Assembly (NCBI GenBank): GCA_051294375.1
Contig: CM119266.1
Span: forward strand, 6,527,431 to 6,591,430
DNA length: 64,000 nt
Direction: 5' to 3'
From: Paraspadella gotoi
Lineage: Eukaryota > Animalia > Chaetognatha
The notes beneath the pieces are model-generated. The model was not told where the DNA came from and searched no databases. It worked only from the letters and a program-made list of their open reading frames with translations. The position numbers and the translations under genes are program-made. Shown here one piece after another: positions 10,901 through 21,500 of this stretch. The first letter of the stretch is position 1, and each line of letters starts with the position of its first letter.

Positions 10901-13663
10901 ATGTCTGTGATCGCCCCCAACATCTTCCTCGACGACGCCCACTTGCTCGAGCAACTATGCGGCATCTCGGATCTCTCCAAGGCCGTCTCCACTACCCGCC
11001 ACATCCAAACCACCCTCAACCTGCGGTACCGCCCGCCGGTGTCCGGTTCCGTCGTCAAGCGGTCCGTCAGATCGGAGGACGAGGAGGAGGAGGAAGATAG
11101 CGAAGAGGAGGAGGACGTCGAAGACGAGGGAGAGGGGGAACGACGTCTTGCAGGCGTCAATCGCGGTGACGCTGTGGACCTCACGCGCGCGCTCCACCGT
11201 CGCATGCACGAGCGCGCCTTGACGGAGACGCTGTTGAAAGAGGTCGAGGAGGACGGATTCCAGGAGCGGCTCAAGAGCAGCGTCGCTTGCTACGACTGGT
11301 CGGAGGCGATGCGCGGCTGGCAGCAGACGGAACCTTTTGTGAGATACGCTTTGGTTGGACCTGGCGGCGGCGCTGGCGGGAGGAAGAGGAAAAAGAATCA
11401 GTCACCGCATCAGCCGCAGCAGCAGCAAAGGAACTACGAGGGCGCCGTCTTCGTCATGCCCGCCGTGCTTCCGCTGGAGAGCGACTCGAGTTTCCCGCCG
11501 CGACCGAAGGTGAAAAAGGAGCGGCCTGCCCCGCCCGAGGAAGAGGAGGATATCGATTCGCCGGAATCGCCCGTCGAGGAAGACGAAGACCCAAAAGCGT
11601 CGACGACTTCGCCGCGGGAATCTCCTCCGCTGCCTCGTTACATGCAGGACACGTACGTCTCGCGCTATAATCGCCTCCAGCGCGAGAGAGAAAAGGACAA
11701 GGATAAAGAGTACAAGGACAGGGCGATCAAGTTGAAGCAGCATTACTTGGCGGAGGAGGGTGGAAAGGGAAAGGGAGGGGAAGGAGCGGGGATCGAGGAG
11801 GGAAAATACAGATGCGATGAAGGAAAATACAGATACGTTCCAGATATGGGCGAAAATACTCGGGAGAAAATAGATTCTGCTTCGGAGAATCGATCCTCAA
11901 CGGTCGGGCTCACCGACTCTCAGGACACCGACGTGACTTCGCTGGACTCGACCGACTCGGAGAGGGCCTCAATGGCGGCTCTCGATGCCGACAACTCTTC
12001 GCGACACGCGACTGACGTCGAAGATTTGTCGGCTAGAGAAACGAGCGGCGCTGAAGTACCCGAGGATGTGAAGTCGGTTTCTGTCGAAGTGGAAACAAAA
12101 CCCTTAGTAAAAGCGACGAAGGAAAAGGTTTTTGCGACTGAAGATCGGCGGGGCGAGATGATGACGACATCTACGACGAAGAAAAAGAAAAATCAGGAAT
12201 CCCCTAAAAAGCATAAAAACCTGGCGTCTTCGCGACAATCGTCGGGATCAAGCGCTTCGTCGTCGTGGAAACCACGCTCGCTCAAAGCCAGAGATTCGGT
12301 TATCGACTGTAAGCGAACGAGGAGAAGTCGAACCTTCTCCGCTTCGACCACCGATTCGGATAATATCAAAGAAAAGTCAATCAAGAAGCGATTGATGCCA
12401 ACGACCGTCAATCTCGTCTCTAAGCATCCCCCCGCAGAGACGAACATCGACGAGCCCGAGCGAATCGAAAGATTCGAGGAACTCAAGTTATGGCGCGTGC
12501 CGGACGAGGAAACGGCTCCCGAGGCATCGGAGATCAAAACGGCGCCGGTAACGACGGAGCGACCGAAGTATCCCCCTTCCCTGATCTCTCAATCGTTAAA
12601 GGGTCCTTCCTCTTACGTTCTGGAAAAACTCGTTCCTGTTTTGAACCGCGAGATCGAAAGGGACCTGGAAGCGAGGAAGAAGGGAGGGGGCGCGTCCTCC
12701 GTTCCCAAACCGCCGGCCAAGCGCCTCGTCTTCGTGACGCCGCGGTGTTCGTACGATGGAGATCCGGTGCCGAATCGACCGGAGGGCCGATTGGAGACTC
12801 TCGACGTCGGCGGATTCGCGATGGCTCGAAGAGGTTGCGCCGAATCTTTTGACGGGGGGCTGGAGACTTTGAAGGGTGTCGGCACCAAGCCGCTTCGATT
12901 GAGTCACGCGCGACTCTCTCTGGACGCCGGAGATTCGAAAATCCTCAACCCGCTGGAAAAAGTGACCCCGGGTCAACGTCACCGCAAGGAAAATAATCTG
13001 GCCAACATGCGCAACGGGATCTCCGACAGAACCGCGCTCAAGATCGCCGCCTCTCAGCCGGAATTTCTGGCGGCTATCGGCGCCTCCGTCGGTTCTACGA
13101 ACGGGCGGAAAGGCAAACCCGAACCTCTTCTCCCGTCGCCCCCCGACTCCGCGATCTTCGGCCAACGGAAGGCGCTATCTCGGCCTCCGTTGGCGACATT
13201 TTTCAATTACGCAACGCCCATAAAGAACGAGGAGCAGATTCGAACGACGGCGAGGATCCCGGCGAGTCTTTCCGCGTCCGTCCCGATCGCTCTGCCCGTT
13301 TCTAAATCTCGCTTTAACAAACTCAACGGACTGCAACCCTCGTCGCTCCGCCCGACGCTTAAACCGGACGAGTACGAGCGGAGTTCGGACTTCGAAGTCA
13401 AGGGCGAAGTTAAAAGGACGCTCCTCTACGACGTCAGACGCTTCGAACCGCCTGTCGATAACGACGATTCCGCGCTGCCGACAGAGAAGGATTTGCTTAT
13501 TTCGTCTTTCGGCTTGCTGAAGGCGGTGCCTCGGCGGAAATATATGGATGCATTCGTTTCCAAACGGGCGATGATCAAGAAAAGAAATAATGGCGACAAT
13601 CAAGGAGATGAAGGGCAGGAAGACTTTCGGACAAGAGACGTCGTCTCGATGAGAAATGAGTAG
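10901..13663 (+). CDS. Intronless 920-aa uncharacterised protein, largely low-complexity and charged
   Basis: Uninterrupted 2763-nt ORF with the same GC/CpG-rich composition as neighbouring exons and AT-rich flanks. It has acidic runs, basic clusters and S/T-rich segments. I recognise no family motif. Confidence 0.75.
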   Translation: MSVIAPNIFLDDAHLLEQLCGISDLSKAVSTTRHIQTTLNLRYRPPVSGSVVKRSVRSEDEEEEEDSEEEEDVEDEGEGERRLAGVNRGDAVDLTRALHRRMHERALTETLLKEVEEDGFQERLKSSVACYDWSEAMRGWQQTEPFVRYALVGPGGGAGGRKRKKNQSPHQPQQQQRNYEGAVFVMPAVLPLESDSSFPPRPKVKKERPAPPEEEEDIDSPESPVEEDEDPKASTTSPRESPPLPRYMQDTYVSRYNRLQREREKDKDKEYKDRAIKLKQHYLAEEGGKGKGGEGAGIEEGKYRCDEGKYRYVPDMGENTREKIDSASENRSSTVGLTDSQDTDVTSLDSTDSERASMAALDADNSSRHATDVEDLSARETSGAEVPEDVKSVSVEVETKPLVKATKEKVFATEDRRGEMMTTSTTKKKKNQESPKKHKNLASSRQSSGSSASSSWKPRSLKARDSVIDCKRTRRSRTFSASTTDSDNIKEKSIKKRLMPTTVNLVSKHPPAETNIDEPERIERFEELKLWRVPDEETAPEASEIKTAPVTTERPKYPPSLISQSLKGPSSYVLEKLVPVLNREIERDLEARKKGGGASSVPKPPAKRLVFVTPRCSYDGDPVPNRPEGRLETLDVGGFAMARRGCAESFDGGLETLKGVGTKPLRLSHARLSLDAGDSKILNPLEKVTPGQRHRKENNLANMRNGISDRTALKIAASQPEFLAAIGASVGSTNGRKGKPEPLLPSPPDSAIFGQRKALSRPPLATFFNYATPIKNEEQIRTTARIPASLSASVPIALPVSKSRFNKLNGLQPSSLRPTLKPDEYERSSDFEVKGEVKRTLLYDVRRFEPPVDNDDSALPTEKDLLISSFGLLKAVPRRKYMDAFVSKRAMIKKRNNGDNQGDEGQEDFRTRDVVSMRNE

Positions 13664-13939
13664 ATTGATTAACACGACTGGTGACGGGTATTCAGTGTCA
13701 TGAAATGCATCATTGCTGGATAAAATTTACTGTTTTATGTTTTACTTTTTCAAATTACGTAGTTTTGTATTTTTGTTAATTTGCCACAAGTAATTTTCTC
13801 ATGTTTTAATTGTAGTTTATAGGGGTTTAAATATATTAATGTAACATGAAGGTGAGATATAGTGAAGTTTATTTTTTTGGCCAAAAAGTAAACTGCTAGG
13901 TATCCCAATTATGTTTCTTTAATCTCGATACTTCAGTGC

Positions 13940-14159
13940 GTCCCAATGGTACTACTGGTTACCTTTTACGTATATTACGGAACTGTGTTGTTAAATCTTA
14001 TTTCTGAGAACGATGTCAGAAGTTTTCACCATTTATACTTATTAGAAAAGTTTGAAATGAACCATTTATACTATATTTATAATTCAATTTTTATAAATAA
14101 TTCTTTTTTAATTTTGAAATAAAATAGTAAGATTTTTTAACGGACAGTACCATTGGGAC
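13940..14159. repeat. Small inverted-repeat-bounded segment (possible MITE relic)
   Basis: GTCCCAATGGTACT (13940-13953) and its exact reverse complement AGTACCATTGGGAC (14146-14159) enclose about 190 bp of AT-rich DNA. Confidence 0.45.
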
Positions 14160-14442
14160 TAACCAGTGCATTTAATGACTCTTAAATATTTTTAGGGGTT
14201 TATTCTCAGAAAAGTTGTGAGCTCGTTTCGTCAAATCAATTGTGACTAATGTGATTCATTAAAGTAAAGCTGCATTTTTTGAATGAGTAGTTTTGATTTT
14301 CTTAGCTACCATAAGTCAAAATTATCAAAAGCTAGTCTTTACTATTGAAGCAATACATGATTTTTATTCGTTATAATATACATAATTATATACATTGAGT
14401 ATTGACGATCTATTTTTTACAGATGACATGTACTTTGTACAA

Positions 14443-17400
14443 TTAATTAGGAGGGTATTGGTTTGAATGGTTATAGTTTCCATATCCTCCCGAGGATGAT
14501 GGAGTAGTAGGGCCGTTATGGCTCGAAGTTGGTCCATTGGTATTTCCTGCATTGTTTGGACCTGCAACAATTTATAAAAGGAATTGCACCAATTTTTAAA
14601 ATCATTTAAACAATGGTAACTATGGTTTTATATTGGTCTGTATATTATAAAATTTACCCGAACTGGAAGAATTTGGGCCGGTAGGACCATTGATTTGGCT
14701 TGGACCGCGCGGCGGCGGAGGATACGGTTGATACCTATATCCGCCCGGCCCATAAGAATTCGGTCCTTGGTGAGGACCCCCTGGTGGATGACTGTATCCT
14801 GGTCCCATTGGGGGACCATAACTGTAATGCCCCGATCCATACGGTTGCCCATAAACGTGTTGAGAAAATTGAGCTGTAATTATAATAAAACTTGATTTAT
14901 AGTTTTGATGGGTGTGAAACAAAGTTATATGCGGCTAAATTTTACTTTCGCCGACCGCGGTTTTGACGGTTCTTTTTTAAATATTTATTTTTTTTAAAAA
15001 ATTTTAAAAAAATATTGCTTTATTAACCTAACTCTTTTAAACCCTTACCAGTAACCACCCCTAACCCTTAAACCACCCATAACCCTAACCCCGGTCAGCG
15101 AAAATAAAAATAACCCATAATGCCATATATGCTTATTGTTCCTTATTACCATTGTGAGGGTGCACCGGGTAACCCGTGGAGCCCGAAGGCATGCTTTGAT
15201 TTGGTCGGCTGGGTGGACCTCCCGAGTTGTAGTTAGAGCCTGGGTAGTATAATGTAATGTAAATTAAATTAATGAAAATAGTTTTTAAGAAATTACAATA
15301 ATTATAACGAACGTCCTGACCTTCTTGCGAATGAGTTGGAGGTGGACCACCCTGTCTAGTTGCGTCTGATGATTCTGGGGTGTTCGTACGTGACTGACGT
15401 TAAAAAAATTTAAAATGTGAAACAAAATCTAATAACTTAAATTTTTTCAAAAACTTTATTAGATTTTCCAAAATCCATCAATAACTTACGCCTTGAGTGC
15501 TTTCTTTGTCCTCTTTTTTCTTGTCGCCAGATTGAGATCGAGAGTCTGATTGACTTCCTGGGGAAGACATGCCGCTGGAAGGTCTTGGAGGATGGGACAT
15601 ATTTGAAGACTCTCCATGCATATCTGAACCGCTTGGGCCTGGGGCATCTCTCATTGGTTGTGGATGTCCCGGATGAGGTCCATAAGTCCCATAAGCTGTT
15701 TAAACATTTATTATAAAATTTACCATAATTTTCTACTTTTAAAAAGAAAAATAAACCAAAGCTAACGGTTGCTAACCTGGTCCAGGTGGGTGGGCTCCAG
15801 GACCATGTGGTACAGATCCATGCGGTCCCGGGCCATGTGGACCTGATGAATGGGATCCGGGTCCAGGGGGATGTGCACCTGGTCCGTGAGGTCCACCCGA
15901 ATGAGGTCCTAGTCCATGAGGGCCTGGTCCATGTGAGCCAGAAGGCTGTTGTCCTGGTCCATGTGGACCAGATTGTGGTCCTGATCCATGTGGACCAGAA
16001 TGGTGTGGACTTGGCCCATGATGGCCAGATGGATGTGGTCCCGGTCCATGGGGGCTCGATGAATGGGGACCCTGTCCATGAGGTCCAGAATGTGGACCTG
16101 GTCCATGAGGCCCGGAAGGATGAGTAACTGGTCCATGAGGGCCAGAAGGGTGGGGACCTGCTCCATGAGGGCCAGAAGGGTGGGGACCTGCTCCATGAGG
16201 GCCAGAAGGGTGGGGACCTGCTCCATGAGGGCCAGAAGGGTGGGGACCTGCTCCATGAGGGCCAGAAGGGTGGGGACCTGCTCCATGAGGGCCAGAAGGG
16301 TGGGGACCTGCTCCATGAGGGCCAGAAGGGTGGGGACCTGCTCCATGAGGGCCAGAAGGGTGGGGACCTGCTCCATGAGGGCCAGAAGGGTGGGGACCTT
16401 GTCCATGAGGGCCAGTAGGATGAGAACTAGGTCCATGGGCGCTTGATGAATGAGGGCTAGGCCCATGTGGACCAGACGGATGGGGACTGGGTCCATGGGA
16501 ACCAGGATGAGGACTTGGTCCATGGGGGCCAGATTGATGAGGTCCTGCTCCATGTGGTCCTGGACCATGAGGGCCTGTTGGCTGTGGTCCAGGGCCATGT
16601 GGGCCCGAGGGATGGGATCCAGATCCATGGGGACCAGATGGATGTGGTCCAGGCCCGTGAGAACTTGAAGGATGTGGCGTAGGCCCATGCGGGCCAGATG
16701 AATGTGGTCCGGGTCCATGTGGACCACTTGAGTGGGGACCAGAGGGATGTGATCCTGGTCCGTGTGGGCCGGAAGGATGTGATCCTGGTCCGTGTGGTCC
16801 AGAAGGATGTGATCCTGGAGGCCCATGTGGCCAAGAGCCGCGGGAATGTGGTGGATATCCAGGATGTCCATAAGGAGGGGCAGGATGAGCTCCTTTGGAA
16901 AAAAAAAATTATACAAACGTTTAAAATAAACTGCAAAAATATATTATTTACCTGGATAGGTTGGTCTTCCGGGGGTATCGGACGTATTTTGGGGCGTTGG
17001 TCCAGTGGATGAACCAGGTGGTCCAGTTGTAGGAGTTGAGGGTAGTGCACCATTTGAATTAGGACGATCAGGGTGATTAGAAGGATGACCGGGTGGAGGA
17101 CCCCCTGGATGGCCATTAGGACTATCCTGCTGGGCGGGAGTCGAATGGGGGCCATGCATTGAACTCGAATATGAAGTCGCTGGTCCAGGATGTCCGGGTG
17201 GAGGTCCAGATGAATTGGAAGGATAACCATGTGGAGAGCTCATGCTGGTTGGCGGTCCAGGCGGACCGTGTGATGGCTGTGGTTGGTTAGGAGGCGCGTT
17301 GCCCATCTCAGGATGACCTTTTTGACTGCTCGACGGTCCGGAAGACGATGTTGATGGATTGTGTCCAGGCTGCCCCATTGAGGTTGAAGGCATGATCGAA

Positions 17401-18040
17401 GGATGCATCGCGTTAGGTCCTGGGCCGGAACCTTTAAAGCGTTTAAATGCCGTTAGATTATTTTTTTAAGATTAAAGAAATTATTATTATGGTTTAACAA
17501 AAAAAGCTACCTGGCGCTGGCAAGAGACTTCCCAGGTTTGAGTTCCCGGAATCGGCGAGTGTGGCCAGGTATACGAGATTCCGATGCAGGACCTGCTGAT
17601 ATTGTACGCAGTCCGACGGTTTCCCTCCAGGCTTGCTTTGTTGGTCTTGGATCGCTTGTATCAGTTGGTAATTTTCGTCCAGCATCTAAATTCAAATTAA
17701 AACGGTCACGAATGCTTTAATTTTATTTGCGCTTTAGAATCTGATTTTTCATTATTTTATATTCCAAAATTTGCCCAATTTGCATTAAATTTAATTAACC
17801 TTAACCTTAAGGCCTTTAAAATACAGCTATTTTTTAAACTATGTTTTATGTATTTGTAGATTTATGTAAATTATTGGAAAAAAAAACTTCATTTATACAT
17901 TTTTTCTAATTTCATTAGTGATGATATTCTTAAAACCTCACTCTTTAGTCCAATGATAATAAAAACTTTACCTTTTGAATATTGGACGGCGTCGGCGAAG
18001 GCTTATTCCTCATCGACGGCGAAAATGGCACCGACGACAT
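14443..18040 (-). CDS. SS18: SS18/SYT (SSXT/SNH domain) BAF-complex subunit homologue with expanded Gly-Pro-His low-complexity domain
   Basis: Exon 1 (18040-17972) MSSVPFSPSMRNKPSPTPSNIQK joins exon 2 (from 17685) MLDENYQLIQAIQDQQSKPGGKPSDCVQYQQVLHRNLVYLATLADS, the SNH/SSXT signature. Further exons: about 17431-16952, 16892-15777, about 15695-15490, about 15394-15320, about 15233-15150, about 14878-14655, about 14563-14443. Ends GGYGNYNHSNQYPPN-stop. Confidence 0.9.
14937..15111. mobile_element. Telomere-like-repeat TIR element, copy B (opposite orientation to copy A)
   Basis: Starts AAATTTTACTTTCGCCGACCGCGGTTTTG, contains CCCTAACCCTTAAACCACCCATAACCCTAACCC, and ends with degenerate TCAGCGAAAATAAAAAT. 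Lies in an SS18 intron. Confidence 0.65.
16131..16400 (-). repeat. Coding minisatellite, 9 x 30 bp, encoding PHGAGPHPSG
   Basis: Plus-strand unit CTCCATGAGGGCCAGAAGGGTGGGGACCTG. The nine copies are identical except the first base of copy 1 and the last base of copy 9. Sits in SS18 exon 16892-15777. Confidence 0.92.
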
Positions 18041-18560
18041 TTTTAAATATTTTTTTTCGATATGACTAAAATAGAAATAAGATCTCAGGGGAGATTCAAA
18101 ATTCGCGAGGAATAAAAAACGGCTCGGTTCATGAATGGTGAAAGAGTAAGAACAGAGGGGGAGGCCGAGCGACTGAGTCTCACTGATCCTCTGAGCCTTT
18201 GTGCTTGGTGGCCGAGGACGAGGAGTCGAGGCTTCTTCTCTGTTTTGATTCGAGTTCGAGGCTTCGATGCCAAAAGACTCGAGAGGCAAAGGCAAAGGCA
18301 GAAGCTGAGACTGAGAGAGGCAGGCACTCGGCTCATTTCTCCTCCCTCTTCGAGTCTGACTCTGCATCCCCCTTCGCCATTGGCCGGCACGGGGCTGCCT
18401 ACACATTTTAGCGGGCCATTTCAATTCCTATTCTCTGCTTAGTTAACCAGTTCACTCTTCGCTCTTTAGAAATGTAATAGTCGTTGAATTTGTGTCCTAA
18501 CGCGGCTTTCCATCATTCATTTCTTTTCATGATTCAGTCTTTTTCAGACTGTGAGCCGAA
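18041..18560. promoter_or_regulatory. Putative bidirectional promoter/5'UTRs between SS18 (-) and SRBD1 (+)
   Basis: Head-to-head start codons 520 bp apart. CCAAT-like GCCATTGGCC near 18378. Inferred from position only. Confidence 0.45.
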
Positions 18561-21500
18561 ATGCCGCCAAAAACCGTAAAATCGGCGAGATCGGCAAATA
18601 ACTACAATAACAACAACGATGAGTCGAATAACGATGAACCTGTCGCCTGGAATCTTGAGGCGGAAGTCGCCCATCGAATCGGAGAACCGAACTGGGCGGT
18701 GAAGAACGTCATCGAGATGTTGAGGGACGAATACACTATCCCTTTCATTGCTCGGTGAGAATGAGAAAAGTAGACGTAAAGACTAATCAGACAGACATTG
18801 TGATGAAACCCATACCGGTTAAATGTCTTCACTCAGCTATCGAAGGGAGCGAACGAACAATATGGATGGAGAGAAATTGCGTTTGCTGGAATCCGTCGTG
18901 GACGAGTTGGTGGCCGTGAAGAACAAGGTCACCAGCATCGTCAACATTCTGGAGAAGAGCGGGAAGATGGAAACTGAACTGCGGAGGGCGCTGGCCGCCG
19001 TCAAGACGCTCAGCGACGCCGAGCACTTGTACGAACCTTATAAGGTACGAAACCAGAACTGATGCAAATGAGAAAAAAGCGATGCTCCATTTATTGTCCA
19101 CAGGCCACGAGCAGTCGGTCCTACGTCAATCGAGCCAAAGAATTGGGACTGGAGCCGGCGGCGCTGGAGGTGCTGAGGGCGCCTGACGTCTTCGAAGCCG
19201 CCAAATGGGTCAAAGTCGGCACGAAGGGTTTGGAGAATTTGATCGAAGTCGAAACAGGTCTGTGGGCCTTGTGCAATTAGGTTTGATTGTGAATTTAACG
19301 CGGTTTTGATTTAAAACGATTGATTATAGAATGACAGAAACAGCGCCCCCAAATTATATTACAAGTCCGTTTATAGGTCCATTCCGTTGATGATATGATT
19401 ATTAATCACTTTACCAATATTAGTTTTATTCGGTATTTCATTCCTACGTAATTGCATACCAGATGGAAAATAATAAAACAATGTAGATTTAATAATTTAT
19501 TCATTGTGGAATAACACTGTACTTCAAAGACTTCTGTCTTCCTCTTAGGTGCAAACATGAAATGAAAAAAAAATTATCTAGAAGGCTCACAAAGTACAGT
19601 GCTCTTTCACAATGAATACATTATTAAATCTACTTTGCTTTATTATTTTCCATCTGGTATGCAAGACAGAATCAATTATAAACTATTACTAGACACTGAT
19701 CCTACCAGAATCATGACTCTGAAACTCTGATTTTATTCTCTTCCCAACATCAATCTTCTTCGCCAGGCATCCAACACATCGTCGCCGACAAAATCGCCAA
19801 AGATCCCGAGACTCTCGATGTCCTCGTCAACTATATTTGCAGAGGGAAGACGATTTGCCTCGAATCATCGCGGGCGAAAGAAAAGAAAATGTAATTCCTG
19901 TTCTTTTGATAAAACTACTATGTCTATGGTTAATAACTAAATATAAATAGTTAACTGCTTTTCCTTTTAGTTCCGTCGATGAAGAAGCTCAATCTAAAAA
20001 GGCCAAGAAAACTAATAAGTCCCTCGACAAGAAACCCGTCCCCAAGAAAGTCAACAGCGACAACTTTGAAAATTATTTTCAATTCAACCATCCCATACAC
20101 AGAGTACAACCTCATCAAGTAAGTACAATGTCAATTATCTTATTGTTTCATCCGCACAAAACTTTTATTTAATGTATGATATGGATAGTTTTAGTTCACA
20201 ATTTTATTAATTACTAAATCTAAAAATTCTGAAATGCGTTTACGTCCTATATCGTTACTTACTTTTCAACTGATTTTGTCGTCAGGCCCTCGGCATCTTT
20301 CGCGGGGAATCCGTCAAAGCCTTGAACGTGAAGATCGTGATTCCGAACGCAGTGCCGCAACAGTGAGTCGCACTTACTATTCCATTCTACAGTTTTATTT
20401 AATAACTTAAAGGCATCGCCGGCTCTCGGGTCTCAGGTTCAAGACTTACTGTCACCAACATTGGATTCTGAGTCGAGGCGGCTGCAGCGCTGGCGCCAGA
20501 ATCCTTCGCGAGGCCATCGAAGACGCCTACAAGCGCCTGGTCTCTAAATACCTCGATCGACACTTCCGGTCGCAGTTGAAGCAAAACGCGGACAAAGCTG
20601 CTCTTTACGTGAGCAACATGGTTTCAAGATTGACCTTAAACTAATTACTGACGTGTTAAATCTCTAATTTACTTTTAAAAAAGAATAGCTAACTCAACTT
20701 AAAACAACAAACGGAACCAAGAGTAACACATTTCCATTCTTAATCTCCCCAGGTTTTCCGCGATAACCTCAAGCAACTCCTCCTCGGAGCGCCGGTCAGA
20801 GGTCGCGTCGTCCTCGGCGTCGACCCGGGATTCGCCCACGGCTGCAAACTCGCCGTCGTGGACCCCAACGGCGGCGTACTCGAAACCGGCGTCGCTTTTC
20901 TCGATCGCGCCGGCGACAGATTCAGGGACGACAATCGCCTCGTCGCCACGATGATCGCCAAGCATCGGGTGTGTTTTAACTTTGGCCGCTATTAGGATTT
21001 ATCAATTTTCAACTTATTACCTATTATATTATATTCTTTTGACGTTTGGTCACATGGTTGACTAAAAATCCACCAACCGTTCATCAGCGGCCATTGGTGC
21101 AGGAGGCAAGTCTTTCGCCTCCCAACCCAAAGGTCCGGGGTTCTAGCCCTGTGGCCGCCTAGTAGTTAAAAGGGACGGGGCGCTTAACCCGCCTGTAACA
21201 CGGTGTTACAGCCTGATCCGAAGCTCAGGGACGGCTTATATTGAACGGTTATGTCACTAACACAACAATTATTTCTGTCTCTTCAGTCAGTTTTTTTTAT
21301 CAACCATTAAAACCAAGTTGCCATTTTACAGGTGACGCTGGTAGCCATCGGAAATGGCACTGCCTGTCGTCCGACCGAAAAAGTCATTTCTTTTTTGATC
21401 CGCGATTTTCCTGACGCTTCTTACGTCATCGTCGACGAGAGCGGAGCCTCGATTTACAGGTGATTTTCTAGGGATGAGCCGATGAGAGATAAAACGTCTA

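Noticed and set aside
10771-13675. Antisense and alternate-frame ORFs overlapping the 920-aa ORF
   Set aside because: Expected by-products of GC-rich, stop-poor coding sequence, with no motifs or splice support.
15786-17230. Long alternative-frame ORFs over the SS18 repeat (335 aa, 257 aa, 127 aa and others)
   Set aside because: They are shadow frames of a 30-bp stop-poor repeat. Only the GPH frame is in phase with the flanking SS18 exons.
21087-21160. Possible tRNA-Gly(CCC) gene
   Set aside because: The D, anticodon and T stems do not pair properly, and the sequence continues into a body shared with a second copy, so it is treated as a SINE head.
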